Source: Promethearchaeota archaeon (lineage in GTDB: Archaea > Asgardarchaeota > Thorarchaeia > Thorarchaeales > Thorarchaeaceae). Taken from it: a stretch of 64,000 bases of DNA. A program made the translations under genes and the position numbers. Positions 57,901 to 64,000 of the stretch are shown piece after piece; the first letter of the stretch is position 1, and each line of letters opens with the position of its first letter. Location of the stretch: positions 145,036 to 209,035 of the forward strand of contig WJMJ01000078.1 of the NCBI GenBank assembly GCA_014728035.1, read 5' to 3'. The notes under the pieces are model-generated. The model did no database searches and was not told the origin of the DNA. It worked only from the letters and a program-made list of their open reading frames with translations.

Positions 57901-59674
57901 GTTTTACTTTCTTCGTTGAAGACTTGGTCTTGTATCTATCTATATCGCGTTCAAATACATCATCAAAGAGGGGTATTTTGACAGGAAGAGGAAGCTCACG
58001 ATAAGATGCAGTAAGAAGAGCCTCACCTCGAGACATGACTCGAAACTCGTTTTCAAAGCCAGTGATATTGACGCTTGCATTCTCAATACATGCCTTGATT
58101 TCTCGTTCATTTCCCAATCGTAAATTGATCTCTGTGTTCATTTGACTAAGAATCACATTGTCTAGTACACTCACTTGCTGACTTACAACAAGCAAGCCAA
58201 TGTTAAATTTTCGGCCTTGACGAGAAATATCTTTGAATACAGATTGACCACGCATCAAGCGAGGATTTAGAATTGAGGGTGCCTCCTCGACAGTAATCTG
58301 AATAACAGGAAGATTTCGTGGATCTCTAACAGGACTATCATCTGCAACACCACCAGCCCCATAAAATGATCTTGCGCTCGTCTTAATTGTTGAGAAAAAA
58401 GTATTTGGGAGTCTACTTTTTGCCTGTTTCTCAAAGTCACTAAGATTTCCGCTGCTCTTTAGAGCTCTTCTAAGATCAGAGAGTGTACGGGTAACTATTG
58501 TTGTAAGAAGAAATTGTTCCATATCACTCATCAAGCTCGTATTTACAACAAGTACCCGCCCAGATTCCATAGAACGATAAATATCTCCAAGAACAGAATT
58601 TCCTTTTTCTATGAAAATAGGAGACCGTTTTACAAAATTGAGACGACGTTTAACAGCTCGTAGAGTGCCTTTTGTAGTACCAATATCATCATGCTCCTCA
58701 TCCAGAGCAAGAATTGTGTCTATCCAGTTTTCGTGATGAATAGAGTAAACTTGTTCAATGAAAGCGTACATTTCCGAAGAGAACTCCATGATAGAAAACA
58801 AATCCCGAGGCTGAATCTCATTCCAGAGAATTCGGATATCTCGTCCATATCTTCGGATTTCCTTTTGTGTGGCTGACAAGTGAGTAGTAAGGTAATAGAA
58901 ATCACCAATCAGGGATTTACGCGTTTTCGGGTCCATAGACTCGATAATATTCTGAATTCCATAATTGTCCACACCTTTAGCAAATTCATCGTGAGGGTCG
59001 ATACAAAAAGCAGATATTTTTGGATGTTCAGCACCTGGATCTTCTACAGCAGTAAGATTTGTGTCGAGAAGTGATTTAATCAATACCATCATGAGATTGC
59101 TCTTACCTGCACCTGTTGACCCGAATATTCCCACATGCATTCCAAGAAATTTGCTAGGAATCATAATCGGAACATCCAATGTGCCCTCACCAATTTGGAG
59201 GTCTCCTACATACACCTCACCATCAGTCTGACTTCCCAACATTTCTTGGACCACCTCATCAGATGTACCAGCAATTGGGCGGTATACATGAGCTAGATGG
59301 TCAGGTAGTCTTCGTGGAGAACGGAATTTCCATTCATCCCCAATCTTTTCAGCGTAACCGAGCATTTTCCCTCCAACAGATAGGAGCATATTTCGTTCGA
59401 TTCCTGAGAGGTATGCATCCCCTTCAACCATTAGAGTGCCTGCAACACGAGCCATATCATCTACTTGACGAAGATAATTCTCTAGACCAAGTACTCTAAA
59501 GAAGAAGACTCGCTCCTGTCCATCACGTTGCGAGTATATCATGAATATTTCTCCAACACTTACATCTCGGTTATTCCCCATGATGTCAAGCATTGTCTGG
59601 TTTCCTACACCAACACGTCCGTAAAGTTCTCCAAGTGTATCTCTATCAATTCTCATTGGTATTCCTCCTATCAT
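57890..59674 (-). CDS. herA: HerA helicase/ATPase
   Basis: HVGIFGSTGAGKS, DPHDE, EEA, RQGRKF, SQQ, LSQMNT. Confidence 0.9.
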   Translation of the reverse strand: MIGGIPMRIDRDTLGELYGRVGVGNQTMLDIMGNNRDVSVGEIFMIYSQRDGQERVFFFRVLGLENYLRQVDDMARVAGTLMVEGDAYLSGIERNMLLSVGGKMLGYAEKIGDEWKFRSPRRLPDHLAHVYRPIAGTSDEVVQEMLGSQTDGEVYVGDLQIGEGTLDVPIMIPSKFLGMHVGIFGSTGAGKSNLMMVLIKSLLDTNLTAVEDPGAEHPKISAFCIDPHDEFAKGVDNYGIQNIIESMDPKTRKSLIGDFYYLTTHLSATQKEIRRYGRDIRILWNEIQPRDLFSIMEFSSEMYAFIEQVYSIHHENWIDTILALDEEHDDIGTTKGTLRAVKRRLNFVKRSPIFIEKGNSVLGDIYRSMESGRVLVVNTSLMSDMEQFLLTTIVTRTLSDLRRALKSSGNLSDFEKQAKSRLPNTFFSTIKTSARSFYGAGGVADDSPVRDPRNLPVIQITVEEAPSILNPRLMRGQSVFKDISRQGRKFNIGLLVVSQQVSVLDNVILSQMNTEINLRLGNEREIKACIENASVNITGFENEFRVMSRGEALLTASYRELPLPVKIPLFDDVFERDIDRYKTKSSTKKVKHEL

Positions 59675-60963
59675 AAATTATAATCTGCACGATAAGGTTC
59701 AGTCTTTACCGAATCTAATTTCATTTCAATTCTAACATCCCTACATATCTCACGAGCTAATCTCAAGTCTTCATAACCGAGCTTACATTGTTCATGTGCT
59801 AAAGCTAAGGCAACAGGATATCCATACCACCGAGCATCACGCGACATGAATTCAAGCTCTCGAAATAGAGCTTTTTCGTTATTGCGTGTAGCAACTGGAT
59901 CATCCTTGACAAATATCTTCTTCAACCACCATACTCTATCGAAGTCGATGCGAGAAGGACGATTATCACGAGAGAAGCTAAAAAGATATGGAACAGCAAG
60001 GCGTGGGGGAATATAGGTACGGTCTTCATAGATATGCAATCCACCACCGGGGTCGTCACGACAAGGTAGATGACAAAACCACTTTGCCCCATCACCAAAA
60101 ACATCACGTGCCATTTTTGCAATTTTATGGGCAAATGGAATAGTATGATTTTTACTGACAGCACACAAGATGACATTCTCTTTTCTTGCAAGAGATGCAA
60201 GCTCCCTAAGCATGAACCCACTTGGCATAGAGGGGTATTTGTAAACATGATGCATGAAGACTGACATCGCACCATCAAGAAGCAGGTATTTTGGCATAAA
60301 TCTACTTGATAGTATTTGATGTGCTGCCGCATATTCGGATACCTTTCTAATTTCTTCGTGGACAATTGGATTAGTGAGTATCCGTTCACGTGATATTAGA
60401 GATTCCATGTCTTTTAGTTTGGAAATTCGTCGCTCATATTCAGTACCCGAAAAATCAGAGTAACATGAAATCGATCCATTTGAATGATCTTGAAAGAAAG
60501 GTAAAACAAGATTTGCCATATCCTTAACTGGATACACTTCTGCGAGAGTTTCAGCTAATTTCTTTGTAGCATCAAATCGAACACCAGAATGCCAGTGTGT
60601 ATCAAGATGGGGTTGGTCCCCCAATTCTTGTTCAATGAGGTCGGTTCTAACTGGTTGGAATACTTGTTCGGCTTGAGTGTTGGTACTTACAAGAACGCTT
60701 GCTGTGCTGAAAAGATGAACTCTAACATCATCCAATAACATCAGATTATCAGTTCCAGACCCATCAACTGCAGCAACCAGGAAATCCTCATCTAAAACAA
60801 CATCAGCAGGGTAGGGTTCAACAGCAGATAATAACTGAGTTTTTATTCTTTGCTCATCCTTTGCAAATTCTTCTTGGTCACGTTTATCCTGTTGATTTTT
60901 AATATCAGTGAAAAGCAATTTGAGCTTCTTCCTGAACTTATCGGTAAGAATCTTTTCGAGCAT
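59671..60963 (-). CDS. nurA: NurA nuclease
   Basis: AVDGS, LLLDG, AVSK, GYP.AL..AH; first gene of the nurA-herA-mre11-rad50 operon. Confidence 0.87.
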   Translation of the reverse strand: MLEKILTDKFRKKLKLLFTDIKNQQDKRDQEEFAKDEQRIKTQLLSAVEPYPADVVLDEDFLVAAVDGSGTDNLMLLDDVRVHLFSTASVLVSTNTQAEQVFQPVRTDLIEQELGDQPHLDTHWHSGVRFDATKKLAETLAEVYPVKDMANLVLPFFQDHSNGSISCYSDFSGTEYERRISKLKDMESLISRERILTNPIVHEEIRKVSEYAAAHQILSSRFMPKYLLLDGAMSVFMHHVYKYPSMPSGFMLRELASLARKENVILCAVSKNHTIPFAHKIAKMARDVFGDGAKWFCHLPCRDDPGGGLHIYEDRTYIPPRLAVPYLFSFSRDNRPSRIDFDRVWWLKKIFVKDDPVATRNNEKALFRELEFMSRDARWYGYPVALALAHEQCKLGYEDLRLAREICRDVRIEMKLDSVKTEPYRADYNL

Positions 60964-61206
60964 AGAACCCCTCGCTGAGATGGAACTTGATGTTTAAAGT
61001 TCACTCTCAAGATGCTAGTACTTTCTGGGTCATAAAAACATAACACTCGGAATCGCAGAGATAATAAACAAGCGCCTTTTATGGGATAAAAGCATGTTTT
61101 TGAGTTAGTTTGCAATTTCCTTTTAAGGAACGAAACTAACGGTTTTTCAACAGCAAGTATTCCGGCTCGTTAGTGACCGTATACGAAAAGGAGAAGTGGT
61201 TGAAGT

Positions 61207-61932
61207 TTGTTAAAGATAAAATTCTTGGGACATAGCGCATTCATATTTGAAACCGAAAAGACTTCACTCTTGGTCAATCCAGTTCTAGTCAATGAGGAGC
61301 CTGTAGTTCCTGATGACTTAGATGTGAGACTGATTGCAATAACGAATCACCTAGATGAAACAATAGGAAATGCTGTAGAGATTTCCAATACAGCAAAATC
61401 ATGGATTCTAGGAAATGAACAGACCATTGCAAGAGTAAAAGCTAAAGGTGGAAAACCATGGCTTCTTCATCCATTAAAATACGAGGTTCCGTATGAGATT
61501 CCCGGTCTGAAATTAACTCCATTCCAACTTCATCGTACTATTACAAATGAAGAGGGAGAAACTGAACGAGTTGATAATCTGGGCCTCTACATAGAGATGG
61601 GACAAATGCGAGTTAGTTATCTTGGGGATACTATTGTTCGAGGTGGTTTTGGATCAATGGAAGCTGATGTTCTAATCACACCAGTCGGTAATCAGGGAGT
61701 ATTTCCTGTAAAGGATGCGGTGAGCTTGTGTATTGATCTACAACCAAGGATTGGAATTCCAATGGGATGGTCTAGCAAAGAACAACTCTCAAAGTTTGAC
61801 AAGTATATAGACCAGTTCGGTCAAGGTACTGTTTCAGTGATTATGGTACCGCCACAAGAACTTGATTTACAATGGGCTGCTGGTAATGAGTTCAGATACG
61901 AAATTAGGGATACGTTCATTCAATATCGATGA
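61207..61932 (+). CDS. UPF0173-like MBL-fold protein with degenerate metal site
   Basis: KFLGHSAF, YLGDT, ..PVG, IPM; HxHxDH replaced by TNHLDE. Confidence 0.75.
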   Translation: MLKIKFLGHSAFIFETEKTSLLVNPVLVNEEPVVPDDLDVRLIAITNHLDETIGNAVEISNTAKSWILGNEQTIARVKAKGGKPWLLHPLKYEVPYEIPGLKLTPFQLHRTITNEEGETERVDNLGLYIEMGQMRVSYLGDTIVRGGFGSMEADVLITPVGNQGVFPVKDAVSLCIDLQPRIGIPMGWSSKEQLSKFDKYIDQFGQGTVSVIMVPPQELDLQWAAGNEFRYEIRDTFIQYR

Positions 61933-62595
61933 TACACAGACTCAAGTAGAGAAACTCATGATGCCGAAAAAGGATATACTGATAATGATGAAATATATTT
62001 AGGAAGTATTGGAATCTATAAGGAAGATATGATGAAATCATCTATAGCACCACAGAAGCATGATTCTGAACTATTTAGGAAACTTCTCGAGTAGTACTGT
62101 GCTCGTAAAACATCCATCTGATTCTATTTGATATGATTTTATTGGCATCTTACAAGTATGTTACAGGATGAGATTTGGTAGAATATCAATATCGATGGAG
62201 AAGATATAGAATTCTATCCTGTCGGTCCAGTAGAAGCAATGCCTCAGACACGGTAATCAATATAAGTTGGATGTAGAACGACGATTATTGGATCCTGCAG
62301 ATTCATGAAACAAACGACTGATATTTCGGTGGCTATTATGGAGGGAGTGATATATTGGGTGGGAAGACACAATCTTTGAAGAAGCAAGTTCCTGTGATGA
62401 AGAAGGACATACATCTCCTTCAGTCAGAAAAAATGTGACCGAAATGTTGAGGTCCATTCCAAACAAGGAACTTGAACCCAAACTCAAAAGAGCAATGGTA
62501 GAGGTAATCAAACTTCGATTGGAGGAGATAAAACAATAACAGATGGTGTAGTACAACTTATTAGGAGGCCGGAATCTCAAGGTCATTGGTAGCAA

Positions 62596-62689
62596 GGTGC
62601 ATGGGCTAGTTTTCGTTACATGCCCTCAATTACGAAACTCCCCCTCCTACCACGAATGTCGGCTCCGTCGCCACCTTATCCCTGCACCA
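62596..62689. other. GC-rich structured element (nested stems) at a compositional boundary
   Basis: GGTGCAtGGG (62596-62605) pairs with CCCTGCACC (62680-62688); inner AGTTtTCGT/ACGAAACT stem (62608-62639). Confidence 0.45.
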
Positions 62690-62714
62690 AAATACACGGG
62701 GAATTTGGATAGAC

Positions 62715-63977
62715 TCATCCACAATTGAATGCTTCATGACCAAGACTGCGAAGTGACATGATATCCACCTTCTCTTCGATGAACCGTACCTCCTTGCTGA
62801 TACCTGAATGGTATCTGAAGAAGGCTAGCAGTATCTTCTGAGGTAGATGCAGTAGCTCCTTTCCAATCCTGTACCTGTGAGCAAGATACATACAGGCACA
62901 GGCAAGTATCGTGGACTGGAAATCATTCTCAGGAACAAGCGAATTGATACGCAGAGCCAGACACTCGACCTCTGAGAGATAGTCACTCATCTTGAACTCG
63001 GTCAGCTCATCCAAACTGTCTTTGATTGCGATGATCAACTCACGTGGAGAATCGTCATCATCATCACGAAGAGGGGGAATCTCACTGAACAGAAGACGAT
63101 GGGGCATCCGAAAATGATTTGCAAGTACCTTCTTGGAGAGAGAGCTGTCCAATATCTCCGTGATTCGGTTCTTTGGGGGTCTGAACTTGATAGAGGTATG
63201 GCGTAGGATGCATTCATAGACCAACATCGCTGAGGAATTTGCTAGACTTGGAAACACGCGAACCCCAAAATTATGACTTTTCAATATCTCATGAACACAT
63301 CTTGAGAGCGTCTTGTAATCTAGTCCATCAGGATGGTCATCAAACAGACCGCTCTCTCGAATCAGGGATAGGTGCTGTTCGATGACCGGAAGAAGGTCAG
63401 CCTTGTACTGCTTGTTCCGTTCATAGGTCATGAGGAACCCCCCCACTTCTTCAATGAGCTCAAGTGTCTGTCTGATAATGGACTCTGACTCTGCTCCCGT
63501 GATGGTAAACCCACCAGACCCGAACAGAATAACTGTGACATTGTATCTCCGAATCCGCCACACCATTCCCGGATACTGTTCTGGTTCGTAAACAGTGTTC
63601 TCTAACTCTAGGGATAGGAGTTCCAGATTCAGACTCTTCTCAATCTTACCCGTTGCCACCAAGTTCTGCAGCTCGACATCAGGCATGGAGAGGTGTGACT
63701 CCCTACGGATGAAGTAGAGTGAGTTGTAGTACTTAATGAAGTCTTGAAGCACAGACTCTACTTTTTCAATCTCCACATACAGATTCACAATGAACTTTCC
63801 CGATGCAAAGACAAGTAGGGAGTTCTTGTCGTCCTTGTCTTTCCATCTCATCCCTGGAAACTTTTCAACCTCGAAGGTAGCTCTGGATGGGAATGACGCT
63901 GCTATCTCGTCCAGGTCGATTCGTTTTCTTAAATTCCCAGACCATACCGCATTGACCAACCTGTATTCGATGGTCAT
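62715..63977 (-). CDS. TATA-binding protein (two repeats) fused to a TFB/cyclin-like C-terminal domain
   Basis: Repeat 1 NAVWS..FPG..LVFASGK; repeat 2 NLVAT..YEPEQYPG..ILFGSG..ITGA; C-half SPRELI...LD and LACACMYLAHR; SD GGAGGGG before ATG 63977 (frame open to the edge). Confidence 0.8.
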   Translation of the reverse strand: MTIEYRLVNAVWSGNLRKRIDLDEIAASFPSRATFEVEKFPGMRWKDKDDKNSLLVFASGKFIVNLYVEIEKVESVLQDFIKYYNSLYFIRRESHLSMPDVELQNLVATGKIEKSLNLELLSLELENTVYEPEQYPGMVWRIRRYNVTVILFGSGGFTITGAESESIIRQTLELIEEVGGFLMTYERNKQYKADLLPVIEQHLSLIRESGLFDDHPDGLDYKTLSRCVHEILKSHNFGVRVFPSLANSSAMLVYECILRHTSIKFRPPKNRITEILDSSLSKKVLANHFRMPHRLLFSEIPPLRDDDDDSPRELIIAIKDSLDELTEFKMSDYLSEVECLALRINSLVPENDFQSTILACACMYLAHRYRIGKELLHLPQKILLAFFRYHSGISKEVRFIEEKVDIMSLRSLGHEAFNCG

Positions 63978-64000
63978 TTGGCCCCCTCCCACTGCCACTC

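Noticed and set aside
61930-62094. Selenocysteine readthrough of the MBL gene TGA (frame stays open ~53 codons)
   Set aside because: The MBL domain is already complete, there is no Cys/redox context and no SECIS was recognised; chance or a pseudogene remnant is more likely.
61920-62197. 12-bp direct repeat TCAATATCGATG as an att site or target duplication
   Set aside because: A few such matches are expected by chance in AT-rich DNA of this length, and nothing mobile lies between the copies.
62257-62595. 112-aa minus-strand ORF
   Set aside because: Ser/Leu-rich antisense shadow of the decayed plus-strand frame.
62596-62689. tRNA or hammerhead ribozyme
   Set aside because: Ends in CCA and contains CGAAAC, but has no T-loop or anticodon arm and no CTGANGA core; kept only as an unassigned structure.
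1-64000. CRISPR array, rRNA, IS/transposase or integrase
   Set aside because: No regularly spaced repeats, rRNA-like tracts or recombinase/transposase motifs seen.

Overview
Chromosomal segment of an archaeon, almost certainly Asgard and most like Thorarchaeia (inferred from gene content: ESCRT genes, longin-like proteins, Yip1, a small GTPase-like protein, PolB1-type polymerase). Housekeeping genes include tgtA, hflX, mfnA, hypB, DGGGP synthase, nfo, tfb, argS, tldD/E, aspS, tRNA-His, polB with two inteins and the nurA-herA-mre11-rad50 operon. Four highlights: (1) A compact five-gene ESCRT locus (26.8-31.8 kb) holding ESCRT-III, Vps4, Vps25, a Vps28N-Vps22/36 fusion and an unusual Zn-finger/coiled-coil/PH-GRAM/steadiness-box protein that looks like a ubiquitin-independent ESCRT-I subunit. 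(2) A secreted clan-CD-like (His-Gly...Ala-Cys) protein with a hydrophobic C-terminal domain, a candidate self-processing archaeocin or toxin, in a decayed variable spot. (3) A cytoplasmic IFT52/GIFT-like coiled-coil protein. (4) At the right edge, in higher-GC DNA after a decayed region and a structured element, one ORF fusing a complete TBP to a TFB/cyclin-like core that lacks the Zn ribbon. No CRISPR array, rRNA, integrase or transposase was seen. All family calls come from motif recognition by eye; no searches were run.
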